A DNA stretch of 64,000 bases, from contig CM074804.1 of the NCBI GenBank assembly GCA_037447605.1, positions 3,010,252 to 3,074,251 of the forward strand, in the 5' to 3' direction. The DNA comes from Zygnema circumcarinatum SAG 698-1b (Eukaryota; Plantae; Zygnematophyceae). Within the stretch, counting starts at the first letter, position 1. Each line of letters starts with the position of its first letter. The position numbers were made by a program, and so were the translations under genes. The notes under the pieces were generated by a model, which was given only the letters and a program-made list of their open reading frames with translations, had not been told where the DNA came from and made no database searches. Positions 45,401 to 58,100 of the stretch are shown one piece after another.

Positions 45401-46140
45401 GATCCACCATTCAGGAGTCAGGATCCAGGATTCAAATGTTGCATTTCCGCAAGTGAGATTCGTTTGAATCCTGAATCCTGGATCCTGAATGCTGGATCCT
45501 GATTACTTAAACATTTGAATCAATCGTTTTGAAGCCTGAAATTCTGAACCTTGGATCCTGAATCCTGACTCTTCAGTCTGGAATTCTTAATCCTGGATCC
45601 TGAATCCTGAATCCTGATTCCTGCGTCACGTCCTTGTGGATCATCAGGTCATTGAACCATCTGTGGAAGTTGCCAAGTTGCTGCTGGCGGAGGGGGGGGG
45701 CAACGAGGCCCTGCAGAAAGCAGGTCTGGGAATGTTGCAGCGCGTGCAGGCCCACCAGGACTACCTCGAGGCTCTCATGGAGAGGGGGAGGATCTTCCAG
45801 GCCCTCCGCTATGCACGCCAGCATCAGGTGGGACGGCCCCTATGCAAAACAGTTTTTCAGCATATTTGTAGCTATGTCTTTGGACAGCATACTCCAATTC
45901 CTCCGCGAGGGAATGTTTTGCAACGGGGTTCACGTCATGGTTGTGGTTGCTGATGTTGCGCAGATTGATAAGGTCGACTGCGAGTTGTATTTGAAGGCGG
46001 CTGCAGCCTCTGGCAGCTCGCAGAAGCTGGCAGCTGTTCTGCGGTTCTGCTTGGACTATGTGGCATCCTTTCGTGGCTCGCCGAGTCACGTCGCATTCTC
46101 CTCCGTGCTGCAGTGTCAACTTGCTCAGGAAGTTGTCTAA
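41461..46140 (+). CDS. RMC1: Regulator of MON1-CCZ1 (RMC1/Mic1/C18orf8 homolog), 12 exons, ~806 aa
   Basis: Exons 41461..41619, 41722..41978, 42159..42312, 42501..42610, 42828..42915, 43216..43689, 43960..44034, 44227..44790, 44960..45033, 45195..45303, 45648..45827, 45964..46140 (2421 nt). Motifs: LSHVYMEHPPLR, VSWYAYTHESRLLLLA, LPKFE, MYGRLYC, IAISVVDNVLLVHQ, IEPSVEVA, GRIFQALRYAR (Mic1 domain). Confidence 0.9.
42393..42426. repeat. (TA)n microsatellite in RMC1 intron 3
   Basis: About 17 perfect TA units. Confidence 0.9.
45397..45622. repeat. Heptamer minisatellite (GAATCCT/GGATCCT) with inverted head, in RMC1 intron 10
   Basis: Many ATCCTGA/ATCCTGG units. 45418..45434 is the perfect 17-bp reverse complement of 45472..45488. 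Confidence 0.8.
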
Positions 46141-46481
46141 ATGCCGCATCTCATCTGGAATTCCGCCAAAATGATCGTTAGCGACTGAACAGAGCAAGGC
46201 TTCCTCAATCGTTGTTTCAACATTTTTGCTGTCTATGCCAACAATCTGTACATCGTATTATTATTATCATTATTCGGCAGTTTGGTGATGTCATTGCAGT
46301 GGGCTAATCGAAGGCCGCAGGAAACATTTTGACTTGATTAAAGATGAAAGCTAAGAAAACGATTGCTTCGTTTTACAAACAAAAAATTTCTTGGCATCCT
46401 TAGACCATGACATGGTATTGCTAAAGAAATGCTCCACAATAACGGGGCAGGCAGTGCATTACAAATTACGCAACATTGGCA

Positions 46482-49400
46482 TCAATTCAGGTCCCTCAGG
46501 TCAATAACTGCCAATTTAACTCCAAGAATAGCGCCTTTGTTTTGGGCTTCACTCAAAAACTCCCTCCCGTATGTCCTCGTGTACACAACATAAAGCATGC
46601 AGCCCGCCTGCACCATTGTAGGGCTGCGCATTTGCAGGCCTTCCTCCACCTCATCCTCCAGCCTTGCAATTTTGGTCCAAAAGCCGCCTTCATCACTCGA
46701 TGCAGCCACAAAAATGTTGGTGTATGCGCCCTTGAACTGAGGAAGCTGCAGAGTCTGCCAATGCATGTTGTTGTAGGCGACAGCCAGCAGCCCATCTGCC
46801 AGCCGGAGAGCTTGAGGCTTGGTGCCCTTCAAGCCGGGGTCAAGTAGGTCTATGGCTGCAGGGACAGGGTCCCACGTGACCCCTGAATCATTGGATCTGC
46901 AGAGTAGAAATAACATGAAAAGGAGCACCGTGAAGCCAAAGGAGGAGAAAAAGGGTATTCAAACCTCAGGTAGGCAGCCCCAGAAATCTCCGAACGTTTG
47001 AACCGCTGACATGGGTATCTACTACTCTCCTTAAATGCAGTATAGTGTGAGTAAGAACTACCCCTGAAGACCAGCTATGGTCCTGGTATGCATGACGGGT
47101 GGTTGGAGAGCAAAAGGGCATAGGCTTAGCACACCAATTGCTTGAAATGGTAAAGAAATAGCGAAGTTCCACAAAAACAATCTTCAAGATCGGACTCTCA
47201 ACCTCCACAGTGCCCTCCAACAGGGTGTAGGGCCATACGATGTAATGTGAATATGGCCCGCATTCGTCCCAAGTACCATTAGCAGCTTCCCGTTGTCTGT
47301 GCTTTCAACCACTGAAGGCTCAACCGCATTCAGGTGACGATCCGATTCTCCCACCCACTCTTCCACCTTCCACGACTGTCCCTCATCAGTGCTCACCAAA
47401 ACGGCTGCAGACAAATAAGCAGCATCCATCAGCAACATGGACCGCCTCTTATGTAGAATCGAACCCAGCAGGCAACCGTTTACCTCACCCCAACATGCAA
47501 CGAGTTGTGCATGAATCACAAAGGAATCCTTCAAAAAAGTTACAGTCCTAAAGTCTGGGAACTTATATATAAAGTTAGTCTTTTCAACAAGGTAAAACTT
47601 GAAGCCAAGAACATTCAATTCTTGGAAAAAAGAACAACAAACGCGCAAATTCCTCAGTGGTCTTGCCTTTCAGTCTGAATACAGAAGCTCGCCTTTCACA
47701 AACTACGTAGATCTGAAAGGTGCAAAACATCTCTTCCCAGAGACTAGACAACAGCTTACTGATGGACCAGTTCTGGCGCAGAACAGTAACTTCACACCAT
47801 AAAGAACTCTGTGCGTTATAACAAAGATTGAATGGTTAGATGGGTGTAACACCTGAAGCAGGGCCCACCTCGGGCGAAATAGACCCCAGGCAAGACGTAT
47901 TCCCTGCCGGTGGTTCTTGCCAGATTGGAAGCATCCATAACCCTGACCTTGTGAAGATCAAGTTGTTGCCTGTCATTCGTGGCGCCTCATTGAGACCCTG
48001 TGGATAGATCACTCGGGGGCGACTCCACACTTTTCCGTCCTCAGACCATTCACTCGACATGATGCTCCCTCCCGAAGTCCACAGGACATGAGAGCTCCCC
48101 TCCTCCAGATTGAACCTCTCTCTTGATTGTCCAGTTCTGTCAACATAAGACAAGCTTGTTGTGCTATTTTGAGACGTAGTCTTAGTTTGATGCCAGCATA
48201 ACGTGCTCCGACTAAAAAACAACAGCAATTTCCCATGGCGATTGCAACAATGCAGTACAGGCCCCCAGTCGGCACCTTTTGGTCCCTCCCTCACGGAATT
48301 CACTGCCTCAAAAGCAGGTAGTGGCTGCTTCCAGTGAGAACCTTCTAAATCTTCCGAAAAAGTGACCATAATGCGTTGCCCATCCATCCCTTCATTCCCA
48401 TCAGACTCATGCCAGGCTGCAACCCAGCGGCCGTCTGGTAAGCGAGCCAGAGTGGCCATGCCAATCATATTGTGTGTTCTGTGAACATAATTGAAAGAAA
48501 TCTGTCTGCAACACCAGATCCGAGAAAGGACACCAACGCGTGTAATGGTTAGTAGGTCTTCCCAAGGTTTCAGCAATTAATTATCAGGCTTATCTTGGAT
48601 GGAATGTTGCCCCACACTGTTAGAGCTACTAATCACATCAAGGAAATCAGTCTAGTGCATACCATAAACCAGGGTTGACAGGCGTTAAGGCTATACATCA
48701 TATCGAAAAGATGCTAAGGAAATGCTAAATCACTAATTTATAGTAGAATTTTGTCATGTGAGCATTGTGGACAGTTTCCAGACACTTCATATCGAATCAA
48801 ACCAAAACTGATTCAAATTGGCTGTTCAAGAATCAGAAAATGATTGAATCGCATGCAAGTACTAACTCTCCGCTGATCAAATCCAGTGTTTAAGCAGGCA
48901 CCTTGTCATGTATAACCGTCTTCCCGATATTCAATTTATGCATTATATTGTTATGGATGGATAGGAGAGGGGATTGTTAAATTCATCGTTTTAATCAATA
49001 GCTGGATGCATGATGGGTGGATGGATGAACCCTGTATAACCACTATTTCCTTGCTTTTTGTTTTTAACTTTCATTTTTGCACCTGCGACGCCAGCGAGTT
49101 ACCGTGACGATTTTGCTGAATTCATCTCCAGTTCTCTTCAGTCGCATATGCATATTTTTTTCCTATACCCCCTCCTCAAGTATAATGGAAATAAAAAGCC
49201 TCGGACAGTCCTGGAATGAACTTCGATTTGAATCTCTCAAGCATAGTTTTATCACGCTCCTTGGCGAAGAACTTTTGCAATTACCTCATAAACAGTTCAA
49301 GAGCATTTTCCTGCAACTGGGTGAAAGCCCTCATTACAGTAGCAAGGTAGTTTGCAGCCCTTACATTTGCAACACGATCAGGGATCCTGCCTTCATTACC

Positions 49401-49644
49401 TTCTTGGAATATGATCAACAGTAGCGCCTTTAGACCTTGGATTGGAGCAAGAAGGTCCCGGATCATATGACTTTCTGGCAGATATTGTGAATTTCAGACG
49501 TTGTTCGGGAAGCACACTAACAGTGTGCATCTCCCAAACCCTAAAAAGAACTCCGACAGAAAACATTGCCATACAAGCAGCTGCAGTACGCATCAATCTG
49601 GAACCCGGCAGCAATCCCTTTCGCTGTTTCGTCGAGATTACCAT
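46482..49644 (-). CDS. BNR/Asp-box (sialidase-like beta-propeller) protein with N-terminal signal-anchor, 5 exons, ~509 aa
   Basis: Exons complement(49400..49644, 49083..49133, 47853..48505, 47239..47404, 46482..46896), 1530 nt in frame. Asp-box-like motifs SEDLEGSHW, SEDGKVW, STDEGQSW, SNDSGVTW, SSDEGGFW; basic N-terminus followed by hydrophobic TAAACMAMFSVGVLF. The two 5' exons are less certain. Confidence 0.82.
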
Positions 49645-50875
49645 CGTGCGAAAACAAAACACTAAGAAACTATGAAGAAAAACATTCAAGTCGCCGGAAA
49701 AAAGAAACGAGCGAGGCGGAAGAGCCCCGCAGAATGCATGACCAGCAACTCCTCTTACAGCTTTTGTGCAGTATTTTCTTTGAACAGATATCTTCCTTAA
49801 AAAAAAAAAGGGGGGGGGATTTGTAGCTGACTTCCGAAAAACTATCTACTGTCTCTGGCTGTGCGCGCGTGAGCTGCGGTTCTTTGGATTGAAATGGCTA
49901 TGTTTCGTGCGGCTCCCGGACAGCACCTGCACGAGGACTCGGGGGCCTTCAGGGCATGTGTCAAACTCGAGCCACGCTTTCGCTGCCCTCCTTTGGGCCG
50001 GCGCGCACCGCATTGTGGCGCAGAAAAATTGGGACGCAAGAAGGGAAGGAACTGCTTCAGATGGCACTGTTTCGACAATGAAAAAAGACCGTCGACGTCT
50101 TCGTGGAAAGAGATCTGGCATTGACCTTTGTTGGTAGGCTTCTTTTGATTCTGTATATGCTTCTGTGTATCGCCGACGACCTCCCGCCTTGCGAGTTTCC
50201 GCAATTTGTTCCAACATTGCCAAAAGGTAATTTTTTCACCTAAATGCAACTCAAGATGGTCGCCAAAAAGGCAACAACCAACACACTTCCAATCAACAAA
50301 AAGGCGTCTTTGCATACTCCACAAGCAAGTGAAGTTTCAACAGTCGAAGTCTCTTCAATTGTACTGCAACTTTCCAGTGCAGCCGAAGGCCTCCAGACAA
50401 ATGCATCTCGTACCAATTTGAGAGTCCTATTTACTCGAAAGATACATTCATTGCTGACTAGGAAGACTAGACACACTGGGATACGACAATAGCCATAGCT
50501 GAAAATCTCCAAAAACGGCTCTGCATCAGAGGTAGGCGCCTGCCTTGCACAGCTGTGAAATCAGAACGCAATTGGCTAGTCCCTTTACTAGTGGAACTCC
50601 CTCCATCGACCTGCCTGTATATGCTGAGCTGGAGCCTCTCAGCACCTCCTCAGGCCTTCCCAGAAGCAGTGCACAAGTGAAGGGCTCACTGCTGTTCTAG
50701 GAAAGCTCCTCCACTCGGGTAGCCTTCTCTCACAAGAGTGGTACCAAGTAGACGGATAATGAGGACATGGCTGGTCGAGTTAGACACGAGCTAAGAGTAA
50801 TCACAACTTCCAACTCCATGTCTCACAATGCAGTCGGTTCTGTTCACCTTAAACATATATATCTCCCTAATCTTG

Positions 50876-53457
50876 CTAAGACCGCGCTTTTTTTGAGCAA
50901 CTTGGACATTTATATTGCTTGATATGCTCTGCCTTCGCTGGTGTAACCTTAACGCATTTGCCATGGTACCTGCAAGCACTCGCACAAGAAAGTTAGGCCT
51001 GCAGGAGTCCCGAAAATAGGAAAACGACGATAAAAGTTTCTTTCAAGGATCCACATAACTGATCGGCTACATCTGCACTCCCTAGCAACAAAATAACATG
51101 TTTTACTGCTGAAATATGTTCCATTTTTCACCAAAATGCGGATTTCTCTTCTAGGTTCATGCAGCTTTCAAGAGATCCATTCCAGCCCCCATCTAGCCTT
51201 GCTGCAATCGAGTCAGTAAAACTCGAAAAGTCACAACTAACATTGGTCCAACAATGCAGCTACGAATATAATCTGATTCAGAAGAAAATTAAAATGACAG
51301 TGGTCAGGACTGCTTCACCAAGTGCACGGTTGGTTCAACTAGTGAATCTCCTTTACGCAAAAGTGCCCGTGCCCGAAAACTGTGACCCATCAATGCTGTA
51401 GACGCCGGCAAACGGCGACCAGCAGTCACAACGACACAACTAATACATCCATTGACTTGGACTTGTCTTCAAAGTCCAAAATTTGATTCCAAAAAGCGCA
51501 GCTACAGTGCTGCAGCATTACTTCTTTCCCACTTCAGGCTCTTTCCTTCACTTCAAGCACCTCTTCTAAGTGCGCAGGGTAAGCAAAGTACTTGGAACTA
51601 GTCTACACATACTCAATCACAGTCAGAGAACTTACCACTTTTCACATATATCGCATCCGATCCAAAATTCATCAGCTCCATAAGCACCCCCACAAACACC
51701 ACAGAATGTGTCCCCGTGTTCCTCGTCCTCATCATCATCATCAGGTGGAGTTTCCTCAATCTTTTTCGCTGGCTTCACATTCGGTTCTGACGCTCTCTGT
51801 CACAACCGAGAGACATACATACGTACATACATATCAATATAATGTACATAAACAAACAATTATGCCGATACGATGCTTATGCTCGCCCAGCGCCAGAGTT
51901 GAAGGGCGAGACAAGGAGAGTAAGGTAACAAGTTGCGAAACTGTGCAACCCAACTCCCATAAGACTCAGAAACCGTTTTTCTACTAAATCAAAGCCAAAG
52001 CACTCCTAAGTATATTCGACAGTACACTAAAAAGCACCCCGTGCACGATAAAAAAACGGCAGATATAGAACTCCGAAATTAAAGGTTTCTGGCCACCATA
52101 GTGTAGCGTTGTTGATTGCATCTCGTAGATGAAAATGTGAAAATGCTCAGGGAGATGTAATTTGTTATGAACATCAACCGAAAGGTCCCACTAGATCTGC
52201 AACAAGTCCAGCCAATTTCTCACCTTGCTCCCTTCCTTCCCATCTTTTTTCGACTTGTTACCCCCTGATGAGATGTTAGCATTCCCCTTTGAGGGCTTTG
52301 CTGCGGCTTTCTTTCCCGTTACAACATCAAAAACTGTTGGCAAGTTATTAATCATTGTGAATAGCCGGCCTCTGATACACAATCACCAATAAAAAAAAAT
52401 TAGAAGACTACATAGATTATCTGTTGCAACAAAAGATAATACCGACCTGCTGTGTCTACAACGACCAATTCCCACTTGTTTCCACACTTGAAACAAAAAA
52501 AAACACCGTGAAAGACAACTAGTTATCAGGAAATCGAGATGTCTAGTAGCTGCAGTAATTATGTACCTTGCGGTTCTTATCCCATCACACCCGCCAGCCA
52601 GGAAAAAGAAGAATAATTTATATTATGCAACTAACCTCTCGTCTTTGTCAAACCGAGCACCGTAGTAGAAAGCTACTGAAAGAAGCCACGCATCACTGTG
52701 CACAGCCACCAGCGAAAGCCAATCCTTTCGATTCATGCCGTCCCGAGCAAAGTTTATCCCCAAAGCAGGCTCTGGCAGCTCTGGAGGAACTTCTTCAGCC
52801 GGAAGATTGACTTCCCAGCCCTCATCGGGGTACCCATACAAGCATAGGTTTTCCTTTTCTGCAAAAAAGGGGGAAAGAAAAAAAAGATGAATATTCCAAT
52901 AAGGAGACATCGAAGAGGTTATATTTCTGCAAGTGTACCCCGATAACACAAGAACTAACGACAACAAAATATAGACAGAAACGGTTGAGTGTTCAAATTT
53001 TGAACAGTAAACAACCAAGGAAGTCAACTACCTGAATTAAATGGACGGCTGCATCAAGTGCATGAAAGGATTACATAAACAAAAAAGAATCACAAAACAT
53101 GCAGAACAGGTGAAATGTTCCCCCAGCATCCAGGAACACCAACCTGGATCACACTGCCTGTAGAAATCCTCGACCTCTGCAGCATATATCATAACAGAAA
53201 CACAAGCAAAGACATGGCAAAGAGCGTCAGCGCGTTATTAACCGTCCGGAAGAAAAGGAATAACACACTGTCAATCAATAGCAATGATAGGCGAGAAAAA
53301 GAACGCTCAAAAGAATTATCTGAAACAGATTTTTCTCGTTGTGTCAGAAAGCCTTGCCTGTAGTAAGCGCCTTCAGCATTCCCTCCCTGCGACCACTGAA
53401 ATCCTTGAATACCTCCTCCACCGTTCTCGGATTAGACGTCATTGCAGTTGATTCCAT
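50876..53457 (-). CDS. Alfin-like PHD finger protein (PAL domain + PHD), 6 exons, 252 aa
   Basis: Exons complement(53358..53457, 53144..53176, 52636..52858, 52224..52371, 51636..51796, 50876..50969), 759 nt. Motifs: [66 protein letters not shown]. Intron 1 has a GC donor. Confidence 0.96.
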
Positions 53458-54602
53458 ACACCAGCAACAGTCAGACTGCAGAATTTCTTTTCCTGCACTC
53501 TCCGCAAGACTGCATGCAGCTCACCAACGCAACCTTCAGTCACGCATTCTGAGTGGAAAAATAGGGAAAGACAACGAAAAAAAGGATTCGAAACTTTGCC
53601 AAATCTTATGTCCTTCTCCGCCACACTCTATCCTGAACCCTCAGTCCCCCGTTTTTCAGCGACATCTCCTATGCTAAGACGCTCCTTCCAGCCACGAATT
53701 CTTGCAACATGCTTCCTTCCAGGCGGGAGCAGCGCACAGGCGAAGACAGCCAGGCGTACAAGCGCAGGCCTGGGCCTTACTCGATCTCAGACAGGCTTCC
53801 AAACCCTAACAACAAGCTCCCCCTCTGGCGCCCGTCGCTCCCGCCCCCGCCCGGATCCAGCCACGACTCGCGCATTGGTCCGTCCGATCGACGGCTGCGC
53901 GCGCTTCTGGAATCATCGGACGGCTTGGAATCGCGCGATCGCCCCGAATCCGTTCCGATCGCCGAGGGCGCAAAATTTAACTTTCGCGAGTCCCGTTGCG
54001 CGTTCACACTGGAACGGATTCCTCGTCGCCGTGACGACGCTGCGCGAATTCTTTTCCTTGATCTATCCGATATGGGTGCCGATATATCTCAATCGGTATT
54101 TTCCAATACAAACCCCCAAGCGGCGACTGGCACTGGGACTGGCACTGGGACTGGGAGGGAGGCTGGGGGGGGGTGTGGGTGACGGACAGACAGGTTCTGG
54201 ATTTGACTGGAATCAATCTGCGCCTTGGGAACGAGCGAGCGTGGAGGGAGGACTGATTGGTGTAAACTTGCGCAGAGGGGAGGAAGAGAGGGAGGGAGAG
54301 AGGGAGGGAGCCTTAGACTTTGGGATCTATCTGCCATGGTTTACCGTACCGTACGGTAGACCATGTGCGCGGTCGGTCACTCTCGGGAATGTGCAGTCGG
54401 AAACCGGTATGGCAGTGACGTCACCAATACATCAGACGGAAATGTCAGAGTGAAAGAGGATGCTGACGACTGTTCCTTTATGAAGGAATTTCCGCGCAAT
54501 GTGCCGCACATCGCCGACCTTCGCGGCTGCTTCGAGGGAGGGCTGCGTTGTTTGAGTCCAGGCGTAGCTTTTCGCTCCTATTTTTTTTTCTTTTTTTTTA
54601 TT

Positions 54603-54690
54603 CTTAGGTCCTTTGTGACCAATTCTTCGTGGTTCCCCTTGATGATTTTGTCCATGTACATTTGATGGCCTCGCCATCGTCAGATCAACG
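54603..54690 (+). repeat. Dispersed repeat block B (copy 3)
   Basis: Aligns with 4102..4187. Confidence 0.85.
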
Positions 54691-55101
54691 CTACATCGCT
54701 TCTGCTAGAGAATGATGTTGTTGTTGTTTTCCTTGTGCAAGCAATGCATAGAGAGCACACCCAGACTCAGAATTGTGGGTGAGCAAATACCTTTGTACAA
54801 ATTGTACGGCAGCCATGCATGTGAAGTTCACAGGAAACGCAAATCAATTAGTATACAAAAAAAGAATAAACTTTATTTCGAAATTATTGTCGAGAGGATT
54901 ACGCCACAGATGGCATATCGAACATGATGTTCGATGCCAATGCTTTTCACAGAAATATATGTACGTCTACATATACTTTGCTCGACAAAGCATAAAAACC
55001 GTGACTGCTCTCTATCTTTCTGCTATAAATTATGCCCAGGCATAGATAATCTATAATTTAAACACTCTACAGTAGAGGATGCGCTGAGCAAGAGGTCTCC
55101 T

Positions 55102-58100
55102 TCAATAGAAGGAGACGCGCGCCGACCCACCTACATGTATGAAATCGAGCAAAACAATGGACAGAGCTAGTCCAAGACTTCCCAGCAAACCGCATCTACT
55201 TCTATGCCATCTAGAGTGGCCTTTTGAAGGAGCAGGAGGGAAAGAAATGGGTGACTGGGACTCTGGCGGAGACCGTAACAGCTGTGAGTTTGGTGGAGGA
55301 GGGGTATCCATTCCTAAAGGCGTTTGCTGAACGGGGACAGGAATCGGTGATGGGGGTGGCATTTGCTCTTCCGCATACACTGAAGTATTGAATCCAGTAA
55401 CACTCACTATGATGGGGCTCGGCACCACATACTTCCCGTCTCCGGAAGTCCATGTAAACTTGCCCACAGAGTAATTGCCTGCAACGACAAACATTCCATA
55501 TTATATCAAGTGACTTCAGCGATGTGAAAAACATGTCAATGTTAACGATGGAACTTGTATGCGAGGAGGCAGACCTTCCAGCTCTGCGATGTATGCAACG
55601 AGCAGGGCAGTTGAACCAATGAGAGCTTAACACCGTGACTGAACCCTCTTTATGGAAAAATCCTAAAAACTACAACTATAAAGGCCCGTGCAGGAGGTGG
55701 ACGAGAGAGGGGGGAGGCAGAGGACCTACTCGCAGCACTGCTGATAGTGTTGTTGAGTCCGACGACTTGCACTGTGAAGTTAAGCTCTTCATTCTCCTCA
55801 GTGAACTTCAAAACTTTGGGAATGATGGTTACCAGCACCCCTTTAGGCTGCTCTATGTTTACGGTATAGTTGATGACTGCAGGACCCTTGTTAGTGACGC
55901 GCCGGATAGTAATGAAACCATCTCTCGGAACATTGCTCATTACGACCGACGGGGCGTTGTAGGCGAAGGACTTGGAAGAAGAGGAGCAAGGGAAGCTCTC
56001 ACTCATCTGAATGGAATACTGGCAGAGGAAGAGCGCATAGTCCTGCGCTCTCGCATCATAGACGAGCCCCGGGTCTGCAGCTGCATTCGGGTTCACAAGG
56101 CCATGGCCGGCTGCAAACGGTGTTGTATTCATCACATGGGCTGCCACCCCATACCCATCCATACCCTACCATCAGACAGCTTCATCCAGCTCCTTTCCTG
56201 AACGCATACTCTCACCCTACAAACAGACCCATCTCTAACTTGAATAGCCCCAATAGCTCCTATTGCTCTAGCAATTCTAAAAGTGCGCTTTGCTTTAAAG
56301 GTGAGCCCGACTCTCACCAGTGGTGAGAATTGCAGAGTAGATTGCCCCGGGCGACCAGTCCGGATGCAGTGCTTTGAGCAGGGCCACTGTGCCTGACACG
56401 TGCGGACAGGACATGGAGGTCCCTGAAACGATGGCAAACTGCGCTGTGCGCGGATCCTGGTCAGGGTTCAGACTGTCCTCCACTCGCGTCCGATTGGCTC
56501 CGGGGTTTTGGGTCCAAGCCCCGATAATGTAAACTCCGGGGGCGGAAATGTCAGGCTGTATGGGACAACAAGCCGACAAACAGAGAACAGCGGCTCAGAA
56601 GATAGATAGTAGTGTGATAGGCAAGGCCCTAAATTGGCTGGACAAAGTGCTGAAGGGTTAGGTCGGTGGGTCTGCAAGATATGTACCTTCAAAATGTCCT
56701 GCTGGGGATGAGGTCCTCTAGAGGAGAAGGAGGCCACATCCGCTTCCGGAAGAGGAGGTGAGCCCACAATTTGAATCAAGTCAGAGATTGAAGCAGTTGG
56801 ATTCCTGCCCACAGCGCGCATCACACGAACCTCGTCAATAAGTTTCCCAGAATAAACGACCGCTTGGACCGTAATTTCCAGACTGGCATGTTGGGCATGG
56901 CTATTTTCAACGAATTATAGCCTAATAAGCGAATTGAAACAAAGGCTGACGATGATTGGCTACTACGAAGAACAGAACCGAACTTCAGAAGCGTTGTTCT
57001 TGAAGCTGCTGATTGCCTGCACTGCAGGATTGAGAGGAATGGCTCCTTACTCCTCCTCCTGAACGTAGCTTAGCAGCTGTAGTCCCGTGGCATAGTCAAC
57101 ATGGATGGCGGGCAGGACATGATACTCCAACAGAGGGGCGGAGGAGGTGTCTACTTCTCTCAATATCATGCCCGCTCCTCCAGCACTCAAAACATTGTAT
57201 CCCTGCTCTAATGTGGACCCGCCACGGTCACAAAGGACTATCTTTCCTCTCACTTTTTCGGAGTCTAGAGTATCAGGGTTGCAGTAGCTGCACAAAGCAA
57301 AACAAGCATCATCCTTGTGAGTATCATCCCGTGAAGCATGCAAACTGCGGACAATCGGAAGGAAAGCAGAGACGACGACGAATGAGCGGCTGCCAGCTGT
57401 CTCACCTGGCGGCATTGGCTAATCCTGGGGGAGCTGCAGTCACTCCATAGACAAGAGCCAAAAGTGGAGTCATTTCTCCAATAGCTACAGTTCCGTTTGT
57501 CATCGCATAGCCCTGCATACAGTTGGCGAAGGAAGTCAGCACGTTGAGGGATTACACCCAAGTTTGGACAACATCGTCATAGCTTCTGTTTGGACTTCAC
57601 TTGAACCTCCCTTCAGAACCTCGCTTAACTTCACCTTGAGCTGCGTGTAATTTCCTGTATAGACATATTTGTAGCTCGTCATGCTCGAGCCAGAGAAGGT
57701 GGAGTCGTAGGTGCTGACTAGGCTGCTAGGCACTGAAGTAGCAGCGACTGAAAGATACCAAGGGGCTGCATTGTACACAGTGCGGGGAGAGGGGCCTGCA
57801 TTCCCTGCAGACACGACAGTAGGAATTCCGTACAAAGCTGCAAATCGAGCCCCTCTGTCAATGGGAGACTCGTCCGGTGTAGCTGGAATGCCTTTCCCCC
57901 CCAACGATGCTGATATCACATCCACGTTGTCAGAAATCGCCGTCTCAAATGCTCTGTATATGGCGTTGCTATAGCAGTAGTACCCACTGTCGACAGTCGC
58001 TGGAGTCCCAAAACAAACCTGAGTATGCAGCATTCGAATGAAAAGGTTACTTCCCAATCACATCGTTGCAACATTCGCAAAGAACCGTTTAGAATGCTGC

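Noticed and set aside
53596-54453. 285-aa plus-strand ORF and 157-aa overlapping ORF
   Set aside because: Antisense to the GC-rich 5' UTR and promoter of the Alfin-like gene, with low-complexity translation.
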